Shown piece by piece: positions 14,262 to 29,927 of a stretch of DNA of 64,000 nucleotides (the first letter of the stretch is position 1; every line of letters begins with the position of its first letter). This DNA comes from Octopus vulgaris (Eukaryota). The position numbers and the translations under genes are program-made. Under the pieces are notes generated by a model. It had not been told where the DNA came from and searched no databases. It saw only the letters and a program-made list of their open reading frames with translations. The stretch covers positions 76,756,001 to 76,820,000 of the forward strand of contig OX597830.1 in NCBI GenBank assembly GCA_951406725.2, in the 5' to 3' direction.

Positions 14262-14767
14262 ACTTGATCATTGCTGCACAAGACCAGGCTCTCGCTACCA
14301 ATTTAGTGAAGTATAACATCTATAAAACTTCTGACACCCAGAAATGCAGACTCTGTGGAAAGAGTGTGGAAAACGTGACCCACTTGGTAAGGGGGTGTGA
14401 GAGCCTTGCACAAAAAGAATGCAAGCGCCGCCACTATAAAGAGAACTGGTATGAGCAGGTACCAAGTAAGGTTATGCAGGGGGATAGAAAAGTAACGATA
14501 CTCGAAGACTATGATTTTCAGACGGATCGTGTATTCGAACACCGTCGGCCGGATATTGTAATATTGAATAAGAGAGACAAATACTGTCAGATCATTGATA
14601 TAGCCATACCAAATGACATGAATGTTGTGAGTAAAGAGGTTGAAAAAATCACTAAGTACTCCGAATTGAAAGTGGAAATAGCAAGAATGTATGGAATGCG
14701 AGAGGGTTATATAAAAGTGCTACCAATGGTGATCGAAGCGTTGGTCTCAATCCCATTGAAGGCCTGA
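14262..14767 (+). mobile_element. R4/Dong-like non-LTR retrotransposon fragment (CCHC knuckle plus restriction-like endonuclease)
   Basis: AAQDQAL..CRLCGKSVENVTHLVRGC (CCHC)..KRRH..RRPDIVIL..IIDIAIPND..EKITKYSEL (PD-(D/E)xK). Adjacent to (TTA)n. Confidence 0.85.
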
Positions 14768-14953
14768 AATTTTGGGGTAGGGAATCAGTCGATTACATCG
14801 ACCCCAGTGTTTCACTGGTATTTATTTTATTGATCCTAAAATGGATGAAACGCAAAGATCTTTCTTATTATAGATGTCTAGCATCTATGCTATATTTTTT
14901 TTATCTTCATGTTCCCCATAAACCTTACCGGTTTCTCTTTCCCTCTAATCCAC

Positions 14954-15038
<85 letters not shown>

Positions 15039-15093
15039 GTGAGATTTGAGAATTCTCAATCGCTTGAAGAAACACTGACAAATTCGTATACAT

Positions 15094-15259
15094 AGGCGCA
15101 GGTGTGGCTGTGTGGTAAGTAGCTTGCTAACCAACCCCATGGTTCCGGGTTCAGTCCCACTGCGCGGCATCTTGGGCATGTGTCTTCTGCTATAGCCCCG
15201 GGCCGACCAATGCCTTGTGAGGGGATTTGGTAGACGGAAACTGAAAGAAGCCTGTCGTA

Positions 15260-15332
<73 letters not shown>

Positions 15333-15554
15333 ATGTTTGTATGTCTGTGTTTGTCCCCCCAACATCGCTTGACAACCGATGCTGGTATGTTTACGTCCCC
15401 GTCACTTAGCGGTTTGGCAAAAGAGACCGATAGAATAAATACTGGGCTTACAAAGAATAAGTCCCGGGGTCGATTTGCTCGACTAAAGGCGGTACTCCAT
15501 CATGGCCGCAGTCAAATGACTGAAACAAGTAAAAGAGTAAAGAGTAAAAGAGTA
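15094..15554 (+). mobile_element. tRNA-derived SINE, family B, with internal (TA)n and (AAGAGTA)n tail
   Basis: A-box tggctgtgtggtaag, B-box-like gggttcagtccc. Homologous copies at 50915, 54166 and 63258. Confidence 0.88.
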
Positions 15555-16061
15555 TAGATGTATACACACACACACGGATATATGCACATATAAGCATATA
15601 AATATCTATCTCTGTCTATGTGTGTATATCTATATACATATATATATATGTATATATATACACACATACACTAATGAATACTTGTACACACATACGAATA
15701 TGCATATACATATATAGATATATAGATACGTGTGTGCGTATGTCTGCGCATGAGCACGCGTGCGTGTATGTACGAATGTATGTATGTTTGTATATGTACA
15801 TATACATACTCAAACGCACGCGCACACATGTTTAAGCTCACACACTTATCAACATCCACCAACAACAGCATTAACACTAGACAACCGTCGTCAACAACCT
15901 TATAAGATGCGATCTGACTGGATGACACACGTGCGGACGTATATACATATATACATGCATGCATACATACAATCAAACATAGGCATAGCTATATGTATGC
16001 ACACACACACACACACACACACATATATGTGCATAAATATATGTATATATATATGTATATC

Positions 16062-16108
<47 letters not shown>

Positions 16109-16457
16109 CCGATTATATAGCATCGCCCGTATCCTTCTGTATTTACTGTTGAATAGCGACGACAGCTTAGAAGATAGGCCGAGAATTCTGTTGAATGTTA
16201 TAAGCCACAGGGACTGACGCAGTTTTATCAACGGCCGTGATGTATGGCGGTGAAACAATGAATGCTATATGCAACGCGGAAGAAAGCTGACTGATGAGAA
16301 ATACGAAGTCAAGTGTTCTCTTGACATCTCTCATGGCTAAGAAGAGAAGATACTGTGAGAATAAACGTGATCAAAACCTGGAGAGGATTTTCTAGACATA
16401 CATGCAAACATACATACTTACATACATGCACACATACATACATATATATGTACATAC

Positions 16458-16497
<40 letters not shown>

Positions 16498-16501
<4 letters not shown>

Positions 16502-16796
16502 AGGCGCAATGGCCTAGTGGTTAGGGCAGCGGACTCGTGGTCGTAGGATCGCTGTTTCGATTCCCAGACCGGGCGTTGTGAGTGTTTATTGAGCGAAAAC
16601 ACCTAAAAGCTCCACGAGGCTCCGGCAGGGGGTGGTGATCCCTGCTGTACTCTTTCACCACTCTTTCTCCCACTCTTTCTTCTGTTGGCCTGCTCGCTTA
16701 GCCAGCGGGGTGGCGTCATTCGAAGGCTAAAACAATGCGAACGCATTGTGACCAGCGATGTGTAAATACATCTGATGGACTGGTCGGTCACGTGAT
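16498..16796 (+). mobile_element. tRNA-derived SINE, family C (tail type 1)
   Basis: ggaggcgcaatggcctagtggttagggcagcggactcg..gtttcgattccc head and ..tggtcggtcacgtgat tail. Copy at 29928; tail-only fragment at 10472-10583. Confidence 0.88.
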
Positions 16797-16802
16797 GGTG
16801 AT

Positions 16803-16837
<35 letters not shown>

Positions 16838-16838
<1 letters not shown>

Positions 16839-17048
16839 GTGGGCGTACTGAAAATTTCCTGACTTTAAGAGTATCGCGAAAGGGATGGTTGGAGGCCCAA
16901 AATTTCGAGTTCTTTTACAGGGCTTAGTAAAATGACTGCTATATTAAGTGTGTGAATGTGAGAGGGGAATATTTTGGATACGATCATATTTAACTGATCC
17001 TTGTGTATTTCTTTCACCTAAAGTCAGGAAGATTTCAGCGCCTCTTCG
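16838..17048. mobile_element. Mariner-derived MITE
   Basis: TIRs cgtgggcgtactgaaaatttcctgacttta / taaagtcaggaagatttcagcgcctcttcg with flanking TA. Confidence 0.65.
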
Positions 17049-17142
17049 TAGTGTAGGTATGGGTGCATGTATGTATGTATGTATGTATGTATGTATGTAT
17101 GTATGTATGTATGTATGTATGTATTTATGTATGTATGTATGT

Positions 17143-17400
17143 GGTGTAACACACCATACTAATCATATCTGTCGGGCATGTGGAAGAGAGTGTAATTCGG
17201 CAGGAGGACTTAAACGACATGCAAAGGTACATGAAGCCCAGTTACAACTACAGCCGGCTATTACCAGTAAAGGTTTTAGTTGCCAATTTTGTACAAGACA
17301 TTGTAGATCTTTGGCTGGGCTAAAAAAGTCACATTCGATCACAGCACCAGTAACAGTTAAGCTTCGTGCAATGGCCATACTCGATAATGAGGGGGCAGCC
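17143..17400 (+). mobile_element. RTE-type LINE 3' tip with two C2H2-like zinc fingers, inside (TATG)n
   Basis: HICRACGRECNSAGGLKRHAKVH and FSCQFCTRHCRSLAGLK(frameshift)SH, then a short UTR ending in a microsatellite tail. Confidence 0.65.
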
Positions 17401-17874
17401 ATGTATGTATGTATGTATGTATGTATGTATGTATGTATGTATGTATGTATGTATGTGTATACCCACATAGTGTATAATTACCTTTGGTTATATTCATATA
17501 TATATATATAAATACCTATAGTTGTACACACATATATATATGAAACAAAATGGGTGGGGAGAGATTACCTCGCTTAGGATGAAGTCAAGTAAACAGTTTC
17601 TTTCTGCTTTGGGTACAAGGACAACAACTTTGATGGGAGGAGCGACGAGGTGATGTCTTCCATCTCAGTATTTCACTAGCACTTTATTCTGTCCTGTTTG
17701 AAAGAATGAAAAGCAAAGTAAATAGCAGCAAGATTTTAAAATCGGATTGAAGTACGCTAGAAAGTGTAAGGCCAGGCATTTTTCATATCTGCCAATCCAC
17801 CATTAATAATGATGAATAATACTAATAATAATCATTTTTACTATAGGCACAAGGCCTAAATAATACTAATAATA

Positions 17875-18420
17875 ATGCCCTGATGCAGTACCAGGCAATG
17901 GCTCTCATGACTTCTGATCCTAATTGATTGTAATTGTTATCAAGTACATGTTTTGTCTTGGTATAAAAAGATTGGCTACAACAAATATTCTGCTCGAGAC
18001 CACAGATTTGCTTGTCAGTTGCTTGACCTTATCCTGTTGAGCATCGCCCTTGGTGGCCGACAGTGTGCAGCTCTGATCACGAGCAGAAACAGTGATGGAG
18101 CATCATAGCCATGTATTGAGGAAGTCTTTGGGGTTTGAACAATTCACCTTTGGAAACATGGCTGTTTTGTTTAACATCCTTAAGCAATCCTTACTGAAGG
18201 GCCTTTTGAGTGGGAAGGGCTACTCGAACTGAAGAAAATTCTAACTGAGCCTCAACTGCAAGGTCATGTGTTGTTTTTGTGATTGCAATGCCGTGTACAT
18301 GTGGTTGCGATGCATGTGCCTGGCCTACAATTATCTGACGGGTAGTCATGATTTGTATATTGGGCTTCGCATATTTGTACCCCAGTGTCAATTTGATAGC
18401 ATGCATTGCTCCCTCACTCA
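17875..18420. mobile_element. Unclassified interspersed repeat fragment embedded in (TAA)n
   Basis: High-complexity block bounded by taataa repeats on both sides. No recognisable protein motif. Confidence 0.35.
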
Positions 18421-18422
18421 AC

Positions 18423-18468
<46 letters not shown>

Positions 18469-18519
18469 TAATAATAATACAATAAAAACAACAACAACAA
18501 CAGCAACAACAACAATAAT

Positions 18520-18590
<71 letters not shown>

Positions 18591-18868
18591 TAATAATAAA
18601 GAAAATAATAATAATAATATTAATGATAACAATAATGGTTTCAAATTTTGGCACGAGGCCAGCAATTTTAAGGTAGGACCTAGTCGATTACTCCGACCGT
18701 AGTGTTCCACTAGTAGTTTTTTTTAAAATCCATTCTGAAAGAATGAAAGGCAATGTCTACCTCGGAGTGATTTTAACTTATAACGTAAATGTGGACTCAA
18801 TGCCCTTAAGCACTTATTCCAGCATGCTAACAATTCTTCCTGCTCGACGCTTTACCACCACCACCACC

Positions 18869-18914
<46 letters not shown>

Positions 18915-18949
18915 ACGATAATATGAATAGTAATACTGTCTACTACAAA

Positions 18950-19147
18950 CACAAGGCCTGAAATTTTTGGAGGAAGGGACTAATCGATTACATTGACCCC
19001 AATGTTTCACTGGTACTTAATCTGTCGAATCCAAGAGGATGAAAGGGAAAGTCGACTTCGGCGGAATTTGAACTCAGAACGTAGACACGATAGATACATC
19101 GCTAAGCATTACTCTTGGCGTTGCTAACGATTCTGCCAGCTCGCCTA
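18950..19147 (-). mobile_element. SINE family A-related copy; similar decayed copies at 10040-10220, 14762-14850, 17620-17790 and 18640-18850
   Basis: gatgaaagggaaagtcgacttcggcggaatttgaactcagaac..ttctgccagctcgcct is the reverse complement of the family A head. Confidence 0.75.
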
Positions 19148-19148
19148 T

Positions 19149-19201
<53 letters not shown>

Positions 19202-19301
19202 CCTTAATATTGGTCACTCGCATGTCAAAAAATAATAGATCATTATAAGTTCGCTCGATCTGAGCTGACACGGCTCTACAAAACTTTCATATGTGTATAT
19301 G

Positions 19302-19351
<50 letters not shown>

Positions 19352-20332
19352 AAGGCATCCATGCATACACGCATTCATGCATTGATATAAACACGAGCAC
19401 GTACATACACAGACACACAAACCTACCAACTAATCGATGCATTAGCATCATCCAGCAGAATACTAACCGATTTCTATTGAAATATCTACGTACATTTCAG
19501 CTTGGTCACATTTACATAGATTTCCTATGCAAGGATGTGTAAATGTAGTTTCAAAATGGCGTCTAAATACAAATATATTTTCTTTCACACTCTTTTGACA
19601 AGAAATATTCTACTAGACACATCTACCATTTCTGATTAATGTTTTCTCGATTTCTTTGGTCTGCTGTGTATTTTATTTATTTATTTATTTTTTTGTCACA
19701 CTTTTATTCTCTATATATTTTATTTATTATTGCAAACACATATGTTATATCTTTCTTATTTCTTTCCACAAGCGTAAATACGCGAAATACGTATAAGACA
19801 TTTAGATGATTTTTCCTGCATATAGATAGACACACGCACTCACACACTCGTGCGCGCATATATACACACGCCAAAGGGCAGATGCGCGCACACACACACA
19901 CACACACTCACACACACACACACACACACACAAACTCTCTATTTTAAAGATCCGACTATTCGCAGAGACAGTGGATTTTCTATATCATGATTCATTCGCA
20001 TGTATGGATATACATACGTACACACACACACACGCATATCTGTATGCATCCAAATATATTAATATATATACATATATACATGTATACATATCTATCTATA
20101 TATATCTGTATATATAAAATCATATAAGCATATATCTATATGTATATACACATATTTATAAATAGATATATATATATTCATATATATGTCCATATGTACA
20201 TAAATATATATATACATATATATATATATACATATAGATATTATATATATATATATATTATATATATGTATATATGTATATATATATATGTGTGTGTGTG
20301 TGTGGAAACATAAACATCTATATATATATATA

Positions 20333-20371
<39 letters not shown>

Positions 20372-20416
20372 TTACATATGTATGTATATATATATATGTA
20401 TATATATATGTATGTA

Positions 20417-20478
<62 letters not shown>

Positions 20479-20579
20479 TGTATGTATGTATGTATGTATG
20501 TATATATGTGTGTATGTATGTATGTTTATACATGGAAACATAAATATCTATATATATATGAATTGAATTGAATTGAAAC

Positions 20580-21095
20580 TGATTTCAGCTCATGAGCTGT
20601 GGCACCGCCATTTCATGTTACTACATACACTTTGCTAATTCATTTCGGAACTTGACATTTGGTCTATAAGGGTGTTTGACGCCGCTGCCCTCATTTGCAC
20701 TTCCTGCTGTGAAGCAGGTTCATCTGGGACTCTTGACAGTAAGGGATCTAGTTTCATTTTCAAGACACCTACACCCACCCCATGCAAGTCTGGTCCTTTA
20801 AAGCCCAGGGTGTTGCAATGTCTTGTCTTATATTTCGATGGCAAATTTGGAAGCTTTGGAATCATGCAGGAGCGCTCTGTTCTGGGGTTAGTGTTACTCC
20901 CAATACCAAAGTTTGGGGCAAATCCCTCTAGGATCTTCCAGATGTATATTATGGCACATCTTTCGCGCCTACGCTCTAGGGAACCGAGTCTCAATCTCCT
21001 GAGTTTTCTCCATTATCTTATATGACACATACAGGGTATATTCCTCGTGTAGCTTCGTTGGATTGCCTCAAGTTCTGAAATTAATTTTACATTAT

Positions 21096-21099
<4 letters not shown>
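20580..21099 (-). mobile_element. Decayed CR1/L2-group LINE 3' end
   Basis: ELEAIQRSYTRNI..LGSLERRRERCAIIYIWKILEG..KLDPLLSRVPDEP, with an in-frame stop. Same type as 691-1412. Confidence 0.8.
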
Positions 21100-21166
<67 letters not shown>

Positions 21167-21454
21167 CATATATATATATATATAGACACACACATGCACT
21201 CACACGCGCGCACATACACACACATATATATTCATATAAATACATATATATGCATGGTTTTAAAACGGTGTTCGAGTTTGTCCGTAGACGTCATCAGTTA
21301 AATAATGATGAGCAGGTTTGGAAATGCATGTTGGTCTTTAGAAATTACCCCCATTTGAAAATATATTTACAAATATATATATATTCTTATGAACATGTAT
21401 GTATATATGCATGGACACCAACATACATGTCTATGTGTGTATGTGTGAGTGTAT

Positions 21455-21504
<50 letters not shown>

Positions 21505-22022
21505 GAACACATATATGAACACGTATATACAAACATATTTGTATGTATATATATTATTCATTTTTTTTTCTTGGGTTCATTTGAATCAAGGTGTCTTGAC
21601 AATCAGCACATCTAAATTCCACCGTCAACTGTACTTCAAACCGGAATTTTAGTGAAATACCTATTTCAGTATTTAGTCCATAAGAGACGGAATAAAACCA
21701 CATTAAGATATTTCAGTCGAAGAAATGGACACCAGGACTTCTTTGTAAGTCCAGTACTTATTCTATCAGACTTCTTTGCCGAACCGTTAAGTTACGAAGA
21801 CGAAAATATACCAACATCGGATATCAAGTGATGGTGGGGTGACTAACACTGACATATGGACACACACTGACTTAAATATATATATAATCAAAATAAGCAA
21901 CTGGATATCAAGTAGTGATGCAGTACGGCCATTACTTGATTATACCTAGTGTGCATTTTCGTTTTAACTTTTTACTTTACCCATATCTATACCACGTCCA
22001 GGCATTTTTCTTTGAAACCTGT

Positions 22023-22079
<57 letters not shown>

Positions 22080-22291
22080 CTCTTGTACTGTCTTATATTC
22101 CTCCCCACCACTACGAAACTCTATAAAATGATTAAAATTCCCCATAAAGGAACTTATTTTGATTTGAAAACCCCACTAGAATGGGAGAAAGCGCTAATGA
22201 TCTAAGTGATATGATATATATATATAAAATTGTAATATATAAATAAATATCTGTAAATATAAACCATCCGATCTTCTGATTACCTCATTTC

Positions 22292-22355
<64 letters not shown>

Positions 22356-22639
22356 TATATATATATAACAAATGAAAGACAGAAGATGGAATATACGAGA
22401 ATATATTATTAATCACAACAATTGTTTCAACACATCTAGCATCGAATCCTCTTGTAGGACACACAAAATCTTGTTCAGGAGTATCCGGTGGTGCAGACAT
22501 ATCTCGTCGGGTGATAAATAAATAAAAAAACACTCGTTAAAATGACTGTTCCATAATTCAACTTCCCGTTTTGTAGAGAAAAAACCCAGTCAGACGGAGG
22601 ATAATTCTTCATGTAAATATGTATATATACGTATGTATG

Positions 22640-22830
22640 TAGGGAGCGTTTACGAAAAAAACAAAAGACGAAGACAGGTGGTGTACAAAACAAACACATG
22701 TATTAGTATAACGCTCAGGAATAGAAAAATGTCTTTTACGTTTCGAGCCTACGCTCTTCTACAGAAAAGGAGAGAGAAAAAAAACAAGGAGAGAAAAAGT
22801 GTGTAGTAGCTAATGATCTATCATGGCGAC
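22640..22830 (-). mobile_element. ~200-bp element with CUGUAGA hammerhead variant (22733-22768)
   Basis: Minus strand: ttt CTGTAGA a gagc gtag gctc GAAA cg TA aaag. Confidence 0.75.
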
Positions 22831-23389
22831 TCATTATGTATGTTTGTATGTATGTATACACGTGAATGTTATTTCCAGTAAATCTACCTGCAGTATAAAT
22901 GTCCCCATTAAGGTCTCACGTAGACATATAGGGATACATATGCATAAAACAATAAGGGAAGTTCGAAGGAGATAATGCTACATTTAAATAAGGAGTGATC
23001 ACATCGATGGATTCTTGTAGAATATTAATTGCAACATCAAGAAGGACAACTATGTTGTGAATATGATAATATTCAATTTCGATAATGAAACGCTTGCTCT
23101 GTCGTAATATTGGTGTCTCGACGCAATATCAGTGGGAGGTGAGGAAATGTCTGCCATAAAGACCGGGTTTTATGTTCACGTAATTGAAGTCCGCCAGTCT
23201 CACAAAGAACGTATACATGATACTATGCATTTATATCGATATATACATACATATATAGATATGTGTGTATATGTATCCAAATGTGTGTGTATTTATATAT
23301 ATATACGTGCATACATACATACGTACATACATATATACATGTGTGTGTGTATATACATACATAGAGAGAGAGAGAGAAAGAGAGAGAGA

Positions 23390-23457
<68 letters not shown>

Positions 23458-24339
23458 CATACATACACACATACGTACATACCCTGAATTTGACTCTCCA
23501 GATATTTAAGATAAACTTGCGGTCGTATATTCGTAGTAAAGGCATCTTTTTAACCTTTTCCTCTAAATCAGACATCGTGATTAGCAATAAAAGTATCGAT
23601 CTGAATATCTTCGATATTTATCAAAGTCTGATCAGAAATATGTTATTCTATTCTGTTCAAAAAGGCAAAATTTGTCTGTCTCTATATCAAATACGAAATC
23701 CAGATCAGTTCTGACAGGTCTGCATAATTTGCATAACTTTGCAAACGTTAGCCACATGAAAGAATTAATTCATCAGAAATTAGAAGCTAGGAGTTTATCT
23801 CAAAATAATACTAATTCCAACATATTGCGTATTTATGGATCCTCTTTCGGATTTGTGATACTCTTTCGGATTTCTGATCCTCTTTCGGATATGTGCTTCC
23901 AAAATAATGTGGTACTTATTACAATAGTAACATTACAGAAAACGTTTGAGTAGCATACGACTGAAAATCATCTACAGGATGTCAACAGAACGGATAGACA
24001 GTCCGAAACTTGGATCTTGTCAATCTCAGTCATATATTTTTGGAACTTCGGATACTGTTTGAATGTGTCACGAAGAACAAGGTTTACACTTAACGTTTCT
24101 TGACAAAATTTTGTATGTTAGAAGCTGCTTCCTGTTAAAGTTGTCGTATTTGGGTAATTTTAAACGATCAGTGACGTGTATTCAGCTGAAGAAAGTTACT
24201 GCTGCTGTTTGCGAACGACAGCTTCCGAGTCCATTGACAAAACGATGAATCTTCGACAACAGAAACATTTAAACTGCCTTAATAAAACCCTTCTGTAATA
24301 ACCAGAGATGTTTTTATAGTAACATATGAGAATGTGTCC

Positions 24340-24421
<82 letters not shown>

Positions 24422-24483
24422 TTATCTTTCTATCTATCTATTTATCTATCTATCTATTTCTCTCTCTCTCTCTCTCTCTCTCG

Positions 24484-24538
<55 letters not shown>

Positions 24539-24667
24539 AATATATATGCAGGCATACATACATACGTATTGATATATATATATATATGTATACCGGAGTA
24601 AACACATAAATGTGAAACAAGGTGGAAAAAAGAGTAACTGGTTATGTTGAATCTTCTGCTGCTTTAA

Positions 24668-24781
<114 letters not shown>

Positions 24782-24816
24782 TTATATATATATATATATT
24801 ATATATATATAAATAT

Positions 24817-24849
<33 letters not shown>

Positions 24850-25339
24850 GTGTGCATATTTATATATACATATACACGTAATAACTTCTAAAATAGAAAA
24901 TTTGGTCAAAAAACGTTAAGTATAAACCTTGTTCAACGTGACACATTCAACCAGTATCCGATGTTCCAAACTGTTTTGTTAAAAAAAAATTAATTTTAAA
25001 AAGTCTGTGACTGAGAGTGACAAAATCCTGAAACTTATCACTTCAAAAATATGATGAATGTGAACGTTACATGGCTGAATTTTAATACAGTTTGGTTATT
25101 TGGGAATGAGCTCAGTTAATGCCCGCCCTCATTTTTTTAAGAGAACCTCAAAATCCTCCGTAGCTCTTCATCTCTCTAATGATTAACCGATGTTACTAGT
25201 GCTGACGTGCATTTGCAATATTCTTTTATATAAAACACACACAGATATTTGTGTGTATTTAGATATATACATATATATATATATATACATACGCACGCAT
25301 ACTCACACACACACAAACATATGTATATATACACATACA

Positions 25340-25387
<48 letters not shown>

Positions 25388-25389
25388 TG

Positions 25390-25446
<57 letters not shown>

Positions 25447-26939
25447 GGAGATAACTAGATAGATGGTTAGATATATATATATATATACATACGCACACAT
25501 GCACACATACATGCACCTACACACACACACATATGCATATATACATGTATGTATATTTGTACAATATATTTGCTATACTTACACACACATACACATACAT
25601 ATGTATACACACACACACGCATGCGTATAAACTCACACATAAATATGCATACACATGCACATGTATTTGTTAGAAACAAGGTCGTGAGAATTGACGAAAC
25701 AGAGTGTGAAAAAGAATAATAGCATTAACTGGAAGGCGCCATGACAGCATTAGACTGTAGACAGCTGCACACTGCAAATACAGATTCATCAACTAACAAT
25801 CTGTTCCTTATACAATTTATATCACTTATCCTAAAGAAGCAAGTCCATTGCCGGCCTCTTACACATATGCCGCTGCTTTAATCACCTAATAACTTATCTT
25901 TCATATGTTTGCCAACTCTTACATAGAATTAAATGGATCGGTATCAAGAAAACGGGGTTCTATCGCCACCGAAGATAACAGCATTCTATATATCAAACGG
26001 AACAAATGTATAAGTGTTCGTTGAAGACATAGAGGCATATCATCGGTTCCTTCGCTTATATATTTGATAGTGGTCGTCGTCGGTTTCATCATCATCATCA
26101 ACAAGCTGGTAAAATCTTAGCGGCATTTCGTCCGTCTGAGTTCAAAATACCACCGAAGTCGACTTTGCATTTCATCCCTTCAGGGTCGATAAAATATGTA
26201 CCATTTGAAGACTGGGGTCAATCAGTCTTAGAAACATATAATCTAACGTTTCTTGGGTACATAATTACAAACTTAACTATCTATAACCTGATTCAATAGT
26301 AACACAAAATCAAAAACCCAAACAAATAAATTCTAAAATTGATAATTACCCAAGTCATCTAACAATAATGAGCACAATAAGTTATAAAGAATAATCTAAA
26401 TTAAACTAATCAATATTAAGCACTAAAACCAAAAATCACGTCTTATACACTGAACATCCAGCGAATAACGAATAACTCTTAACGCTCAGGAACATTCCAA
26501 ATCAGATATATGACTATTGTTTGTATGACGACTAATAGTAAGAAAATACATGGTCAATAACTTAAAAAAAGAAATCGAATTACTAAATCTCAATAAATTC
26601 AAAATTTCTACTCACCGGGAAACCTGTAGAGACTGTCTATCTGTTACACATGTTCTGGCAAAAAAGTCAATATTCAAGCTGAATACAGGAAAAGTAGCAT
26701 TAATTATCCAACGAGATGCGTCGAAACAAAATACGTATTGACCACTCAAGACCATTCTTCCTCATATGCTGTCTCTGTATGCATAACTATTCGACAGTTA
26801 AGAAATTCTTAAGCAAATTCTATAATTCTATATTTTCGCACATATCTAAACATTTACTTCAACATAATTAGTATTTTCAATTTAGCTTCGTGTTGCCAAC
26901 CAAAATCATTTCTAATTCATTAAAAGAATATCATTCTAG

Positions 26940-27258
26940 AAAGACTCCGCCGGTTACGACGACGAGGGTCCCAGCTGATACGATCAACGGAACAGCTTGC
27001 TCGTGAAATTAACGTGCAAATGGCTGAGCATTCCACATACACGTGTACCCTTAACGTTCGGGGATAATCAGCGTGACACAGAGAGTGACAAGGCTGACCC
27101 TTTGAAATACAAGTACAACTCATTTTTGCCAGCTGAGTGGACTGGAGCAACGTGAAATAAAGTGTCTTGCTCAAGGACATAACGCGTCGCCGGGAATCGA
27201 ACTCACAACCTTACGATCATGAGCCGAATGCCCTAACCACTCAGCCACGCGCCCTCAC
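26940..27258 (-). mobile_element. tRNA-derived SINE with a different head joined to the family C type-2 tail
   Basis: Head gagggcgcgtggctgagtggttagggcattcggctcatg..gagttcgattccc. TSD aaaagaatatcatt. Confidence 0.85.
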
Positions 27259-28013
27259 AAAAGAATATCATTATGTCCATCGCGATTACGCTCTATTCAT
27301 CTTTTAGTATAAAAAATATTGGTGTAGTAATCATTTGTTCAATCAAATTTCTAACAGCAAAAATCTTTTATGATTTATATTTTCTTCAGAAAATGCCCCG
27401 TAAAATGTGCCAGTTCTTTAGACAGTGGATTATTATCATTATTCCTTTTAATCCATTTTTTTTTTTGGAATTCCTGGTGTCTTGCATGCGTAGCAGGCTT
27501 GCTACCTGTAGCCTACAATGATATGCTATCTGTTCTTTTCAAACATCTAATACTTTTCCAAATATTCAGGCTGTCCGAAAGAACAATTTAGATGAACAAT
27601 TTTGTAATTTTTGTATTTTTATTTTTTCTCTTTTTTTTCTGTATATTTCTGGAATTTTAATACGTCATGTTTTATGATTTTAAGCGTAAATTCACTGTTT
27701 TGTTTGTAACACTGATTCTTATATATTTATATATATTATATGATGTTTATTTATTTATATATATTATTATATTTTTAAATGTCGGACTTTATATCTGTCC
27801 TGTAGATATAAATGAATATATGAATATATGAATATATGTTTGTACTTGATCTTTCTGTGTGGATTTTAGTAATGTTCCTTAATTACTGCTCGTATTGGCT
27901 CCGCTCAGATTAAGAAGTGGAATATAGCTCATTTGGAGCACTACAACTCCAGTCTGTTTTATATTTTGAGTATTATTATTACTAGCGATCTCAAGATATA
28001 ATTGTATATTTTG

Positions 28014-28055
<42 letters not shown>

Positions 28056-28059
28056 ACAT

Positions 28060-28250
28060 AGGGACAGTTTACGAAAATAAACAAAAGACGAAGACAGGTG
28101 GTGTACAAAACAAACAGATGTATTAATATAGCACTCAGGAATAGAAAAAGTCTTTTACGTTTCGAGCCTACGCTCTTCTACAGAAAGGTACATAGAAAAA
28201 ACAAGGAGAGAAAAACATGTGTGTAGTGGCTAACGATTTATCATGGCGTC
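28060..28250 (-). mobile_element. ~200-bp element with CUGUAGA hammerhead variant (28152-28187)
   Basis: Minus strand: cttt CTGTAGA a gagc gtag gctc GAAA cg TA aaag. Confidence 0.75.
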
Positions 28251-29167
28251 TGACTCGGGCAAATACATATATATATATAAATAGATCCAAACATACTCAC
28301 AAACACATATGTGGTATGTGTGCATAGCATTTATGCAGCTAAATGCTTTACAATTTTGTATGACAGAGAATGGAAATTGCTTATTGCAATCACCGTCGGG
28401 CGAAAGTTTTTCGTTAACTCTAACAGTAATTAGCAAATAAAGAGTCGGGATCTCATTAAATTGATTCCAGTAAATGGTTGATAACACTCTTCGTCATTAT
28501 AAATGGCCACTAATATAATAAACGTCCGTACGTATATTTGTGTGTGTGTGTATATGTGTGCGCATGTTCTTGTAAGTGTGTGTAACTTTTTGACCCCATA
28601 GTTAACACAGATCGTAGTCAGAGTCAGACCTCATATCACAATTGATCAGAGGTTTGTGTCACATTAATTAGGAACAATCACGGTTAACTAACCATACTAA
28701 TTAACTGACAACAGAAATAGACTTTTATATAACTAACCACATTTACTATTATGAAGACAGCATTGCAAAAACAATGATATATTTAGTACATAAGTCATCC
28801 GGAACTCTAAGAGCATGTTACTATATTAAAACTGCATACAAACATGCAATTAAATTTCACTTTCGCATTAATTCATTTCGCATTAAATCGAAAGTGAAAC
28901 TTGTATAACGGACAAGTAAGAGTTACTATCTTTGAAATATGTCTGGGAAAATTTCTATCTAATTAAATGACTCACACCGTGACTTTTACCTGGCATAGAA
29001 ACGTAGAACAAGCGAATGTCATGAGCCAATATGTGGGTGACTAACTTTCTAGTCGTAGTTGCCAAATCACCTGCACAGCACACCTGAGCACATGATGAAA
29101 TTCAAGCGTGAGATAGAAAAGTATAAAGAAAGTTGACGTTTCCACCTTATTGGTCTCGTCTCAACCC

Positions 29168-29358
29168 CTTCTTCTTCTTCTTCTTCTTCTTCTTCTTCTT
29201 CTTCTTCTTCTTCTTCTTCTTCTTCTTCTTCTTTTTCTTCTTCTCCTCCTCCTCCTTCTTCTTCTTCTTTTTCTTCTTCTTCTTCTTCTTCTTCTTCTTC
29301 TTCTTCTTCTTCTTCTTCTTCTTCTTCTTCTTCTTCTTCTTCTTCTTCTTCTTCTTCA
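29168..29358. repeat. (CTT)n microsatellite
   Basis: Directly visible. Confidence 0.95.
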
Positions 29359-29927
29359 TACTCAACCTCTTTTTCTTCAATCTTTTCTCCTGCTTCTCCC
29401 TTCATATTCCTTCTCACCCTCCCCCTCCACTTGTCCTCATTTGTCTTATTATTTCATCCTTTTACGTACATAGCATTCCCAATATTACAGACTGTTTGGG
29501 CCAAAAACTTATTTTCATCCTCGATCTGTTTACATTTTTAAAAAATATAACTCCCATATTTGGTTACCTTTAGTAATTAATACAAAAGCCCAGATTATAA
29601 ATGGATTTTACTATTTTTTGTAATTCACTTTTACATATTCTATCTCCTTTATTTAATATAAAATCCACTTTAAAATGTTGACCTCTATTATGAAGCGACT
29701 AGTGCCTTATCCACACTAATTCTTATGGTGTCCCCTAATCTTTGCTTTACTACAAAATTTTATGTTTGTAACTACTCCTAAATCTCATACATTTGACACT
29801 CTTTGCACTTCAACCCCTCACAAACTTCGATGCGTTTTCCTTCGACTGTGTCCTTACTCTAGGAGGAAACTATCGAATTCGATAGATTAACTGCTTTCGC
29901 GATACGTTCTGCTATATTTAATAACAT